Shown here: positions 43,092 to 53,364 of the stretch, one piece after another | Position numbering within the stretch: position 1 is the stretch's first letter | How the letters are laid out: each line of letters begins with the position of its first letter | Assembly (NCBI GenBank): GCA_040222015.1 | Contig: JAVJWO010000153.1 | Location: forward strand, 32,001 to 96,000 | DNA: 64,000 nt | DNA from: Coleofasciculus chthonoplastes F2-STO-03 | Lineage (GTDB): Bacteria; Cyanobacteriota; Cyanobacteriia; Cyanobacteriales; Coleofasciculaceae | Direction: 5' to 3' | Program-made: the position numbers and the translations under genes | Notes under the pieces: generated by a model | The model's input: only the letters and a program-made list of their open reading frames with translations | Told to the model about the DNA's origin: nothing | Database searches by the model: none

Positions 43092-43829
43092 TTATTCCTC
43101 CCCTGCTTCGAGTATCCGTTGAAATAAATACCCTGTCCCTCGTGCGGTGAGAATCAACTCTGGATTGCTGGGATCATCTTCCAGCTTGGCTCGCAGTCGA
43201 GAAATATGAACATCGACAACGCGGGTATCGACGTGGCGTTCTGGGGTATACCCCCACACCTCCTGTAAAATTTCTGACCGAGAGAAGGGTTCCCCAGAGC
43301 GACTGACTAATAACTCCAGGAGACTGAATTCCATCCCTGTGAGCCGAATCCGTTCGTCTCCCTTATAAACCTGTCGTTTGTTCGTATCAATTTTGATACT
43401 GGCGACATGGATTACCCCAGAACTGGGAATCCCGGAAGCACCCACCTTGTCTACCCGCCGCAATACCGAACGAATCCGGGCTTCTAACTCTTTGGGAGAG
43501 AAGGGCTTGACCACATAATCATCCGCGCCCAACTCTAACCCGGTAATTCTATCGGCAACATCACCCAATGCCGTTAGCATGATGATGGGGATATCCGATT
43601 CCTTTCGCAACTCTTGACAGACGCCGTAGCCATCCAGCTTGGGCATCATCACATCTAAAACCACTAAATCGGGTTCACTCGTGCGGAAGGTTTCTAAGGC
43701 TTCTTCCCCATCGGCGGCGGTGACGACATCGTAGCCAATCATCGACAGGCGAGTTTCCAAGATCCGGCGGATACTCGCTTCATCATCAACAACTAGAATT
43801 TTTTCCTTATGAGTTTCCAATGGATTCAA
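43092..43829 (-). CDS. rpaB: OmpR-family response regulator RpaB (Ycf27)
   Basis: KILVVDDEASIRRILETRLSMIGY and DTRVVDVHISRLRAKLEDDPSNPELILTARGTGY; divergent from radA. Confidence 0.95.
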   Translation of the reverse strand: MNPLETHKEKILVVDDEASIRRILETRLSMIGYDVVTAADGEEALETFRTSEPDLVVLDVMMPKLDGYGVCQELRKESDIPIIMLTALGDVADRITGLELGADDYVVKPFSPKELEARIRSVLRRVDKVGASGIPSSGVIHVASIKIDTNKRQVYKGDERIRLTGMEFSLLELLVSRSGEPFSRSEILQEVWGYTPERHVDTRVVDVHISRLRAKLEDDPSNPELILTARGTGYLFQRILEAGEE

Positions 43830-43994
43830 GACTCCTAATTTACAGTCAACGAAATGTTAATTTATCAGTAGCTTATCTCTAAGATATAACGTTATACGAA
43901 GCTTTTTTAAGCTATAACCGTTCAATCTGACATTTGCTTACGACTTTTTAAGATTGGTTTAATTATTGAAAATTCCTAGCACCTTGAGATCAGG

Positions 43995-45578
43995 ATGCCT
44001 AAAACTAAATCCATCTATGTTTGTAATCAATGTGGGGCAGAACACTCCCAGTGGTTCGGCAGATGCTCCTCCTGCGGCACGTATAACTCCTTAGAGGAGA
44101 GTATGCTGTCAACGACTGCCAACATGAGAAGTGGGGGAAGGCAATCAAATGCCCGTGCCTACACTCCGTCTCCTACCTCTGGACGCGCTCAACCGAGGTC
44201 TTCACTCAAGTTCTCAGAAATTTCCAATAATGTCCAGATCCGATTTGCTTCCGGGTATAGTGAACTGGATCGAGTGCTGGGGGGAGGGATCGTCCCTGGC
44301 TCCTTGGTATTGATTGGCGGTGATCCGGGGATTGGCAAATCCACGTTGCTGCTACAGGTGGCAAATCAACTGGCACAGGAGCATCGTATTCTTTACGTCT
44401 GTGCCGAAGAGTCGGGACAACAGGTGAAACTGCGAGCCTCTCGCCTGGGTATTGGTGCTGCTCCGATTCAGGAGGAGGCAGATAATAATAGTGAGCAGAC
44501 GAATAATGGTGCGCCCAAAAAGCGAGGGAAGTCGGCAAAGTCGAAAACGGCGAATGGGGGTAAAGTCTCGGAGGAGCAAGAGCCAAATCTGTATGTGTTG
44601 GCAGAGACTGACTTAGAGGAGGTGTTACGGGAGTTGGAGTCCCTAAAACCCCAAGTCGCCGTCATTGACAGTATCCAGACGCTGTATTTTGCGGCGTTAA
44701 CCTCTGCACCCGGTTCGGTGGCGCAAGTGCGGGAATGTACCTCAGCCCTGATGCAGGTGGCAAAGCGGGCAAATATTACGTTATTCATTGTCGGACATGT
44801 GACTAAGGAAGGCGCGATCGCAGGACCAAGGGTGCTGGAACATTTGGTGGATACGGTATTGTATTTTGAGGGCGATCGCTTTGCCTCCCATCGTCTGTTG
44901 CGATCGGTAAAAAATCGGTTTGGCGCCACCCACGAAATCGGTATTTTTGAAATGGTGGATAAGGGATTGCAGGAGGTGCTGAATCCGTCGGAGTTATTTT
45001 TGGGCAATCGGGATGAAATGAGTCCGGGTACGGCGACTGTGGTGGCTTGTGAGGGGACTCGTCCGATTTTAGTTGAGTTACAGGCGTTGGTTTCCCCAGC
45101 CAGTTATGGTGCGCCACGTCGCTCAACCACTGGTGTTGATTACAGTCGATTACAGCAAATTTTGGCAGTCTTGGAAAAACGGGTAGGGATTCCCCTGTCC
45201 AAATTAGATGCTTATGTGGCTACGGCTGGTGGGTTGGGAGTCGAGGAACCGGCGGCTGATTTGGGAATTGCCATTGCTGTAGTGGCTTCATTTCGCGATC
45301 GCATGGTTGATCCCCGCACCGTGATGGTTGGTGAAGTGGGATTAGGGGGACAAGTGCGGCTGGTGTCGCAGATGGAACTGCGGTTAAAGGAAGCGGCAAA
45401 ATTAGGATTTAAACGCGCGATCGTTCCCAAGGGTCAAGTGTTACCGGATCTGGATATTGAGGTGATCCCGGTTTCCAGGGTGCTGGATGCAATTATTGCT
45501 GCTTTACCGGGAGGATTGCGCCAGAATTCAGCAAATGAGGCAAATGAGGCAAATGAGGAAGAGGAAGATGACTTTTAG
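43995..45578 (+). CDS. radA: DNA repair protein RadA/Sms
   Basis: Zn finger CxxC..CxxC, GDPGIGKST, KNRFG, Lon-like C terminus. Confidence 0.97.
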   Translation: MPKTKSIYVCNQCGAEHSQWFGRCSSCGTYNSLEESMLSTTANMRSGGRQSNARAYTPSPTSGRAQPRSSLKFSEISNNVQIRFASGYSELDRVLGGGIVPGSLVLIGGDPGIGKSTLLLQVANQLAQEHRILYVCAEESGQQVKLRASRLGIGAAPIQEEADNNSEQTNNGAPKKRGKSAKSKTANGGKVSEEQEPNLYVLAETDLEEVLRELESLKPQVAVIDSIQTLYFAALTSAPGSVAQVRECTSALMQVAKRANITLFIVGHVTKEGAIAGPRVLEHLVDTVLYFEGDRFASHRLLRSVKNRFGATHEIGIFEMVDKGLQEVLNPSELFLGNRDEMSPGTATVVACEGTRPILVELQALVSPASYGAPRRSTTGVDYSRLQQILAVLEKRVGIPLSKLDAYVATAGGLGVEEPAADLGIAIAVVASFRDRMVDPRTVMVGEVGLGGQVRLVSQMELRLKEAAKLGFKRAIVPKGQVLPDLDIEVIPVSRVLDAIIAALPGGLRQNSANEANEANEEEEDDF

Positions 45579-45706
45579 GGGTTCCGGTTTTGTTCTGAGT
45601 TGTTGGGAAAAAGAAGTTTGTTATTATCAACAACAATAATTTCCCAGGAAATATCCTCTGTCCCTTCCTGCGATCGCAACCTATCCAGAACCACTCTAAA
45701 AGACTG

Positions 45707-46453
45707 TCACTCAGTATGCAAAAATTCTAGATATGCCTGACTCATTTCCTTCACTGCCACCTCATACAACTGCTGACCATGTTCCGGTTTGGCTAAGGCG
45801 GGATTAGACCCCATGCGTCCATCAGGATAGTGGCGGCGAAAGTCTGTAGCCCCGTAAATTGGATGTCCAGATGCTATATTAGCCGCTAAGGGGGCTTTCT
45901 TGATCGCTTCAGGATAAAGGTATTGAGTTACAGCCACTTCGCTGGGTGTGGCGTGAGATCCTTCCTGATCACCATATAGTTGTTTGGCTAACTGATACAC
46001 CGATTTACAGGTAAACCAGTTGGCAAGGCGACATCTGACTTGATCGCTGTTGGGAATGTTGAGATCCCAGAGATAGGCGTAACTCTCAGAAAACGCTGCC
46101 TTTAGCGTCGCCACGTTACCACCATGACCATTAAGAAAGAAAAATCGGCTAAATCCAGCCCGGGTTAAGCTGATTAAATAATCTTGGATGACATGAATTA
46201 AGGTACTAGGTTTCAGGCTCATCGTACCCGGGAAACCCGTGTGATGCAGCGCCATTCCCACACTAATCGTTGGACTAACGATCGCATTCGTCGCTTCACC
46301 CACCCCTCGCGCGATCGCTTCGGCACAAATCGCATCAGTACCAATTAATCCCGTTGGTCCATGTTGTTCAGTTGAACCAATCGGCAGAATAATTCCCGGC
46401 GATCGCTTTAAGTACTCCTCAACCTCGATCCAGGTCATTAAATGTAGCAGCAT
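45707..46453 (-). CDS. Creatininase family protein
   Basis: PIGSTEQHG, NGHGGN, HA..SE; start at MLLHL preferred. Confidence 0.9.
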   Translation of the reverse strand: MLLHLMTWIEVEEYLKRSPGIILPIGSTEQHGPTGLIGTDAICAEAIARGVGEATNAIVSPTISVGMALHHTGFPGTMSLKPSTLIHVIQDYLISLTRAGFSRFFFLNGHGGNVATLKAAFSESYAYLWDLNIPNSDQVRCRLANWFTCKSVYQLAKQLYGDQEGSHATPSEVAVTQYLYPEAIKKAPLAANIASGHPIYGATDFRRHYPDGRMGSNPALAKPEHGQQLYEVAVKEMSQAYLEFLHTE

Positions 46454-46761
46454 TATCCCTTCTAAAAAAGTGAAAGCAGGTGGACTAGGGTGACCAGCCT
46501 CCTGCTTTGTTTCTGTAAGACCCCTCATTCTGTCATACTTGCGTATGACATGTATTACACTATCTTTAGTGTATGTCACCATGGGGAAATCGGCAATAAA
46601 GTTACGCAAATTGTTTCAAAAATTCACCGGGTATAGTCACACCAGCCGAATCTTGTGTCACTCTAGACGTAGAGTTCTATTTCTATATCGTTTCAACACC
46701 ATGATTTTGGTGTATATCTTGGCTTAAACGTTCAGATACCCAAATTCCTTACCATTTATTT

Positions 46762-47514
46762 ATGCTTTCTGTCGATCTACCGCAAAGCCCTTCTACTCCA
46801 GAACTGGCACAATCTAACCGCATTCTGGTTGTAGAAGACGAGGATCTCATCCGAGAAATGCTGATGTTGTCCTTACAAGAGGAAGGTTATGACGTGGTGA
46901 CGGCTGCTGATGGTCGTACTGCTTTAACGCTTCTGTCTGAGGGCGACTCCAATGACCAGGAGAACCACTTTAGCCTGTTGATCCTAGATTTGATGCTGCC
47001 TCAGGTTAACGGACTCGATCTATGTCGCTTGATCCGGTATCAGGGAAATTCTATCCCCGTCTTGATTCTCAGCGCCAAAGCTAGTGAAACGGATCGGGTT
47101 TTGGGTTTGGAAGTCGGTGCCGATGACTACTTGACCAAACCCTTTAGTATGCGGGAATTAATTGCCCGTTGTCGCGCCCTGCTGCGTCGCCACCGCTATA
47201 GTTCCATACCGCAAACGCCGACGTTACAGTTACGGGACATTACCCTCTACCCCCAAGAATGCCGCGTCACGGTGCGTGGCGAGGAGGTGAATCTCTCGCC
47301 CAAGGAATTCCGACTGTTGGAATTGTTTATCGGGTATCCCCGCCGGGTGTGGTCTCGCGAACAGTTAATTGATCAGGTTTGGGGACCAGATTTTCTCGGC
47401 GATACCAAAACCGTCGATGTTCACATTCGCTGGCTGCGGGAAAAATTAGAAAAAGACCCCAGTCAACCGGAATACCTAATTACCGTTCGTGGTTTCGGCT
47501 ATCGGTTTGGCTAA
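46762..47514 (+). CDS. sphR: Phosphate regulon response regulator SphR/PhoB
   Basis: REC plus OmpR wHTH (KTVDVHIRWLREK); operon with the histidine kinase, near phoU and phoX. Confidence 0.88.
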   Translation: MLSVDLPQSPSTPELAQSNRILVVEDEDLIREMLMLSLQEEGYDVVTAADGRTALTLLSEGDSNDQENHFSLLILDLMLPQVNGLDLCRLIRYQGNSIPVLILSAKASETDRVLGLEVGADDYLTKPFSMRELIARCRALLRRHRYSSIPQTPTLQLRDITLYPQECRVTVRGEEVNLSPKEFRLLELFIGYPRRVWSREQLIDQVWGPDFLGDTKTVDVHIRWLREKLEKDPSQPEYLITVRGFGYRFG

Positions 47515-47635
47515 TTAATTTTAGATGCGACACCGGCGATCGCATCTTACCCAAATCAGTACCGACATCGCTCTGTCTGTCGAAAGGTTACAATGTCTAG
47601 ACCATCGCTCGGCAATAGTCTCATTGATCACACCC

Positions 47636-48928
47636 ATGACCCTCTTGACATTTCTCTTGGGTCTAGCTCTAGGAATTGGGGTTGGCTTATGGTTACAACA
47701 CCGCACCAAACAGCAGCTCAAGCAAACCTTGGAGTTGTTACCAGCCAATTCGACCAGTAACTCGTTTCCCTTAGAGTCTCGTCTACGGGGAGCGATTGTC
47801 CAAGCGAATCAGCAGCGCCTTGTCTTAGAAGACCAACTCAACACCATTCAATCCCTTTTTCAAGTCGCGCCCGTTGGGTATTTACAAGTCGATGAAGACA
47901 ATCACTTAATTTGGTGTAATCAGCAGGCGCGTCAGTTATTACAAATTGACCGATGGGAACCCGGACAGATTCGCTTACTTCTAGAGGTGGTGCGATCCTA
48001 CGAACTGGATCAGTTAATCGAGAAAACGCGCAAACAGCAACAATCGACGAGCCAAGAATGGGTATTTCATCCCGCCTGTATGGATGGTGCAGCCATGAGC
48101 GAAGTGCGATCGCTCACGGTGCGGGCGTATGGTTGGCCCCTCGCTAATGGGCAAGTTGGGGTGTTTCTGGAGAATCGACAACCTTTAATTGAACTCTCGG
48201 AATCTCGCAATCAGTGGGTGTCTGACTTAGCGCACGAATTGAGAACCCCACTCACGTCGATTCGCTTAGTCGCAGAAGCGTTACAAGGACGGGTTAATCC
48301 TCCAGAAAGCCGTTGGGTTAATCAACTCCTGCAAGAAATTAATCGGTTAATTGACTTGATTCAAAATTGGCTAGAACTCAGCCATCTTGAACAAGATCCA
48401 AACAAGAGTCTTACGTATAAATCCCTCGACCTAAACACTTTAATCCAATCGGCTTGGCAACGATTGGAACCTTTGGCAGAGCAAAAACAGTTACATCTTG
48501 CCTATCGTGGACCCGATACTCTGCCCATCAAGGCTGATGAGTCGAGACTCATCCAAGTGTTTTTGAATTTATTAGATAATAGTATTAAACATAGTCCCCC
48601 CCAAGGATTGATTCGAGTTGAAGTAACCACTTCAACACAGGTTGATCCAACCGAAAAAGTGCTGATGCAAATCGATATTATTGACGAAGGCGCGGGGTTT
48701 TCGGGTAATGATTTACCTCGTGTATTTGAGCGACTTTATCGAGGAGATGCTTCGCGGTATCGGCAACCTACATCTGAGAATGTAACCACATTGGGGCGCA
48801 GTAGTGGGAGTGGTTTAGGTTTGGCAATTGTTCAGCAAATTGTTCAGGCTCACGGTGGTACAGTTAATGCTAAAAATCACCCGGAAACAGGGGGGGCTTG
48901 GTTACAGATTCAATTACCTTGTAATTAG
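47636..48928 (+). CDS. sphS: Phosphate sensor histidine kinase SphS/PhoR
   Basis: N-terminal TM, PAS-like region, HELRTPL, NLLDN, GSGLGL. Confidence 0.88.
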   Translation: MTLLTFLLGLALGIGVGLWLQHRTKQQLKQTLELLPANSTSNSFPLESRLRGAIVQANQQRLVLEDQLNTIQSLFQVAPVGYLQVDEDNHLIWCNQQARQLLQIDRWEPGQIRLLLEVVRSYELDQLIEKTRKQQQSTSQEWVFHPACMDGAAMSEVRSLTVRAYGWPLANGQVGVFLENRQPLIELSESRNQWVSDLAHELRTPLTSIRLVAEALQGRVNPPESRWVNQLLQEINRLIDLIQNWLELSHLEQDPNKSLTYKSLDLNTLIQSAWQRLEPLAEQKQLHLAYRGPDTLPIKADESRLIQVFLNLLDNSIKHSPPQGLIRVEVTTSTQVDPTEKVLMQIDIIDEGAGFSGNDLPRVFERLYRGDASRYRQPTSENVTTLGRSSGSGLGLAIVQQIVQAHGGTVNAKNHPETGGAWLQIQLPCN

Positions 48929-49322
48929 TCATTCGTCATACTCGCTTCGCGAGAAGCAAGCTACGTCATTCGTCATACTCGCTTCGCGAGAAGCAAGCTA
49001 CGTCATTCGTCATTCGTTAGGGAACAGGTAATTCATACTATTGTTTTATCTTATCTTCTCCCCTCTACTTTATAAAACCTTCTCTCTAATACGTTCAATC
49101 CCTCTGCTACCTGGAGCGGAAACCTCTGCGTACTCTGCGTTTAAAAAAGATTATCGTCATGGCATTGGGGCGCAAGGCTTGCGCCCCTACCAGGATGGAA
49201 TAGGGTTTGGGTTGGGTTGATGGCTGTTAAACAAAATAGGGCTAAAGCCCTTACTACGAACTACGAACTACGAACCGATTCCCCTATCTTAAAATTGATG
49301 TGTACTAGATTAGCCGATAAAC

Positions 49323-49646
49323 ATGACAACAGCCGTTCAAGTTGCGATCGCGGGGGAGGCTGCTGAACCCGCAGTGTCTGAGTTGATGGGGATTCCGGGG
49401 TTGTCGGTATCCTATGAGGCACAAACTCAAAAAGAGGGGACAATGGCAGTTATTGCCACGATTGTCGGCATTGCTGGCGGAACCGTGGCGCTAGCCGAAC
49501 AAATTCGCAAGTGGTATCAGGAATGGAAGCAATCCCAGTCAGGTGAAACCTTTGATGTGGTGATTCAAAGTCCCACGGGGCGAATTGTCCTGGAAAATGC
49601 CACAATTGAGGAAATTTGTCAAGTCCTAAAAGCCTTGGAACCGTAG
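49323..49646 (+). CDS. Small EACC1-like protein with central glycine-rich hydrophobic helix
   Basis: AVIATIVGIAGGTVALAEQIRKW followed by a beta-hairpin and helix; stop is 2 nt before the CHAT gene start. Confidence 0.6.
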   Translation: MTTAVQVAIAGEAAEPAVSELMGIPGLSVSYEAQTQKEGTMAVIATIVGIAGGTVALAEQIRKWYQEWKQSQSGETFDVVIQSPTGRIVLENATIEEICQVLKALEP

Positions 49647-49648
49647 TC

Positions 49649-52600
49649 GTGCAAACCCTTTATCTGAATATTACCGACATTGACGGCGATTATGCCCAAC
49701 TCCGCTATTCCTGGGGTCAACCGGGAGGGTATGAATCTCAGGACTTGGATTTGGGGATAATTGAGGATTTGATTCAGCAGGCGCGGCGAGACTATTATAT
49801 GCCACTGCCAGACTTGGTGGGCATGGGTCAACGGCTGTTCTTTTGGCTGGATGGAGACGGGCGCTGGTTGAGTCGGGGGATTCAGAGTTGTCGCGGTTCC
49901 GGGTTGGTGTTGGCAATTCAGACGGGACAGAAGTTGGCGCATTTACCCTGGGAAGTGTTGCATGATGGGCAGACGTTTTTAGTGCAGCGGGTGAATCCCG
50001 TGGTTGTCCCCATGCGTTGGGTGGATCATCCGGGGGAGGTGGGGGATACAGAAGCGCGTCCCTTGCGGGTGCTGTTTATGGCGACTGCCCCCCAGGGGGT
50101 TAAGCCTGCGTTGGATTTTGAGCAAGAGGAGGGGACAATTTTACAGGATACGGCTGATTATCCCATCACCCTGCGCGTGGAGGAAAGTGGCTGTGTGGCG
50201 GAGTTGGGTAAGCTGTGGGGGCGGTATCGGGAACCCTTTGATGTCTTCCATTTGACGGGTCATGCGTCGATTAATCAGACGGAACCCTATTTTATTACCG
50301 AGACAGAAACCGGGGAACCCTTGCAAGCGAAGGCGGCGGAGATTGCCGAGGCGTTACAGTTTCGCTTTCCCCCCTTGGTGTTTTTATCCGGATGTCGTAC
50401 TGGGGAGGCGGGGAATCAGGGGGCGATTTCCTCATTGGCGGAGGCGTTGATTGGTTATGGGGCGAAGGCGGTATTGGGTTGGGGACGCCCGGTGACGGAT
50501 ACGGGGGCGACAGTGGCGGCGGCGTATTTGTATGGACGATTGGCGGCGGGGTTTCAGGTGGCTGAGGCGCTGGCGAGTACGTATCAAAAGTTGTTGAAAG
50601 ATAAAATAGCAGATTGGCATTTATTACGGTTGTATAGTCAGGGCGAATGTCCCGGCGCGTTGGTGGAACCCTTGGGGGATGCGGTGTGGTGTGCGCCAGA
50701 ACCCGCCTATTCTGATTTTTTAGACCCCAGAACCCAGTTTATCCGGGTGGCGACAGCCGAGGAATTTGTCGGGCGGCGGCGGGTATTACAGCGCTGCTTG
50801 CGGATGCTGCGGAGTGGGGGGAATTTGGGGGTGTTGATGTATGGCTTGGGGGGTGTGGGGAAAAGTAGCGTGGCGGCGCGATTGTTGGAGAGGTTGGTGG
50901 GATATGACCGAATTGTGGTTTATCGGGGATTGGATGAGGATAAACTGGTGCGGCTATTCTCAGAACAATGTACGTCAGAGGCGGGGTTGGAGATATTGCA
51001 GGGGAAGTTACCTCTGATGCAGCGATTGACTAAGTTTTTCCAGGCGGGATTGAATCAGCTACAGCAACGGTTTGTGGTGGTGTTGGATGATTTTGAGGCA
51101 AATCTGGAAATGCGCGGGGATGGGGTGGCGGTATTAAAGCCGCAGGTGGTGGATGTGTTGCAGGCGCTGCTGAAGGGGATGGTGAATTCTAAGTTACCCC
51201 ATCGGGTGATTATTACCAGTCGCTATGAGTTTAGATTAGGGGATGCCATGGTGAATCGTCGCCTGCATCGAGAACCCTTGGCGGGGTTACAGGGGGCGGA
51301 TTTAGCTAAGAAATATACCCGGTTGGCGGCGTTTAGTCGGGAGTCTCAGGTAGAGGCGGCGATACAGGAGAAGGCGAAGCAGGTAGCGGATGGGAATCCG
51401 CGTCTGTTGGAGTGGTTGAATCAGATTTTGGCAGATGAACAGGTGGATGAGGAGACGATTCTCCAGCAGATGCAGGGGAAAGCCGCAGAGTTTCGCGAGA
51501 GTATTTTAGCTGAGGAGTTGTTGAAGCAGCAGCCATCTGGGGTGAGGCAAATCTTGGGGATAGGGTTGGTGTATGAGTTACCGGTGCCTTATCCGGCGAT
51601 GGAGGCGGTTTGTCAGGGGATTGGGAATTTTGATAATGGGGTGCAACGGGCGATAAGTTTGGGGTTGTTGGAGGTGAGTGAGTTTCAGGGGGAGGAGTCT
51701 TATCGGGTGTCGCGGATTCTGGCACCGTTATTGGAGATTCCGGAAAATAGGGAGGATTTGGATAAAACGGCGGCGCAAACCCTGTATCATCTCTGGTGGG
51801 AAGTGGGGAAGAGTGAGATAGAAGAACAACGGCGGGAGATTCATCGCTTGGCGTTGCGGGGGAATTTGCCAGAGATAGCGGCTGAAATGGCACGGGTTCT
51901 GTCAAATAGTTGGCAAAAACAGAGTCGGTTTCGGGAAGCATTGCAGTTATGTGAATCCACGCTAACTCTGACCCAAGATTATCGGGTGATGCATCAGTTA
52001 GCTAGAGCTGAAGCAGAATTGGGTGAGGTTTCCGCAGCTAAGGAACATTATCAGCAGGCATTAGCCAGTTGTCCAGAGGCGGAGGAACAGACAAAAGCGG
52101 CGATTATTCACAATCTGGCTGGTAACTATCTCCGACAGGGGGAAATCGACGAAGCTATTTCCCTGTATCAGCAATCGATGGAAATCACACAGCAGATTGG
52201 GGATGTGGAAGGGGCAGCGACGGCGTTACATAATCTGGCAGATATCCACGCCCAACAGGGAGAAATCGAACAAGCCATTTCCCTCTATCAGCAATCGATG
52301 GAAATCAAACAGCGGATTGGCGATGTGCAAGGGGAAGCGGCGACGTTAAACAAGCTGGCAGATATCTATCTCAAACAAGGACATATCAAAAAAGCCATTT
52401 ACCTCTATCAGCAGTCACTGGAATTCAAACGGCGGATTGGCAATGTGCAAGGGGAAGCGGTGACTTTACAAAATCTGGCATATATCCACGCCCAACAGGG
52501 GGAAATCGAGGAAGCTATTTCCCTGTATAAGCAATCGTTGAAACTCACACGGCGGATTGGGGATGTGAAAACAGAAGCGACGGCGTTACATAATCTGGCA

Positions 52601-53218
52601 GATATCCACGCCCAACAGGGAGAAATCGAGAAAGCCATTTTCCGGTATCAGCAATCGATGGAAATCACAAAGCGCATTAGGTATGTGCAAGGGGAAGCGG
52701 CGACTTTACACAAGCTGGCATATATCCATGCCCAACAGGGGAAAATCGACGAAGCCATTTCCCTGTATCAGCAATCCCTGGACATCAAACGGCGGATTGG
52801 GGATGTGCAAGGGGAAGCGGCAACTTTACAAAATCTGGCATATATCCATGCCCAAAAGAGGGAAATCGACGAAGCCATTTCCCTGTATCAGCAATCCCTG
52901 GACATCACACAGCGGATTGGCAATGTGCAAGGGGAAGCGGCGACGTTACACTGTCTGGCAATTATCCACGCCCAACAGGGAGAAATCGAGTCAGCTATTT
53001 CCCTGTATCAGCAGTCACTGAAACTCACACGGCGGATTGAGGATGTGAAAACAGAAGCGGTGACGTTAGCCATGCTGGGACAACTCTTAGCCGATGAGAA
53101 AGGAGAGGTTGAAACCGCGATTGACTATTTGCAGCAATCCTTGGCTATCTTACAGCACCTGAAATCCCCCGATGCGGAGACGGTTAGGGACATTTTGAAT
53201 GATTTGAGGCGGATGTAG
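49649..53218 (+). CDS. CHAT (caspase-like) protease - STAND NTPase - TPR protein
   Basis: LPWEVL, catalytic HLTGH and LSGC, FVGRR, Walker A GLGGVGKS, Walker B VLDDFE, GNP motif, 40-aa TPR repeats; GTG start preferred. Confidence 0.9.
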   Translation: MQTLYLNITDIDGDYAQLRYSWGQPGGYESQDLDLGIIEDLIQQARRDYYMPLPDLVGMGQRLFFWLDGDGRWLSRGIQSCRGSGLVLAIQTGQKLAHLPWEVLHDGQTFLVQRVNPVVVPMRWVDHPGEVGDTEARPLRVLFMATAPQGVKPALDFEQEEGTILQDTADYPITLRVEESGCVAELGKLWGRYREPFDVFHLTGHASINQTEPYFITETETGEPLQAKAAEIAEALQFRFPPLVFLSGCRTGEAGNQGAISSLAEALIGYGAKAVLGWGRPVTDTGATVAAAYLYGRLAAGFQVAEALASTYQKLLKDKIADWHLLRLYSQGECPGALVEPLGDAVWCAPEPAYSDFLDPRTQFIRVATAEEFVGRRRVLQRCLRMLRSGGNLGVLMYGLGGVGKSSVAARLLERLVGYDRIVVYRGLDEDKLVRLFSEQCTSEAGLEILQGKLPLMQRLTKFFQAGLNQLQQRFVVVLDDFEANLEMRGDGVAVLKPQVVDVLQALLKGMVNSKLPHRVIITSRYEFRLGDAMVNRRLHREPLAGLQGADLAKKYTRLAAFSRESQVEAAIQEKAKQVADGNPRLLEWLNQILADEQVDEETILQQMQGKAAEFRESILAEELLKQQPSGVRQILGIGLVYELPVPYPAMEAVCQGIGNFDNGVQRAISLGLLEVSEFQGEESYRVSRILAPLLEIPENREDLDKTAAQTLYHLWWEVGKSEIEEQRREIHRLALRGNLPEIAAEMARVLSNSWQKQSRFREALQLCESTLTLTQDYRVMHQLARAEAELGEVSAAKEHYQQALASCPEAEEQTKAAIIHNLAGNYLRQGEIDEAISLYQQSMEITQQIGDVEGAATALHNLADIHAQQGEIEQAISLYQQSMEIKQRIGDVQGEAATLNKLADIYLKQGHIKKAIYLYQQSLEFKRRIGNVQGEAVTLQNLAYIHAQQGEIEEAISLYKQSLKLTRRIGDVKTEATALHNLADIHAQQGEIEKAIFRYQQSMEITKRIRYVQGEAATLHKLAYIHAQQGKIDEAISLYQQSLDIKRRIGDVQGEAATLQNLAYIHAQKREIDEAISLYQQSLDITQRIGNVQGEAATLHCLAIIHAQQGEIESAISLYQQSLKLTRRIEDVKTEAVTLAMLGQLLADEKGEVETAIDYLQQSLAILQHLKSPDAETVRDILNDLRRM

Positions 53219-53364
53219 GTTTTTGCAACGGTATCTTTTTGCAACGGTATCCAGAAGCGTCCGCGTAGGGGCTTGGTTTCCAAGCCCTTGGTTTCCAAGC
53301 CCTTAGTTTCCAAGCCCGTACAGGTGGGGAAGTGGTGTTTAGTTGTCGCTAAATACGGTAATAA

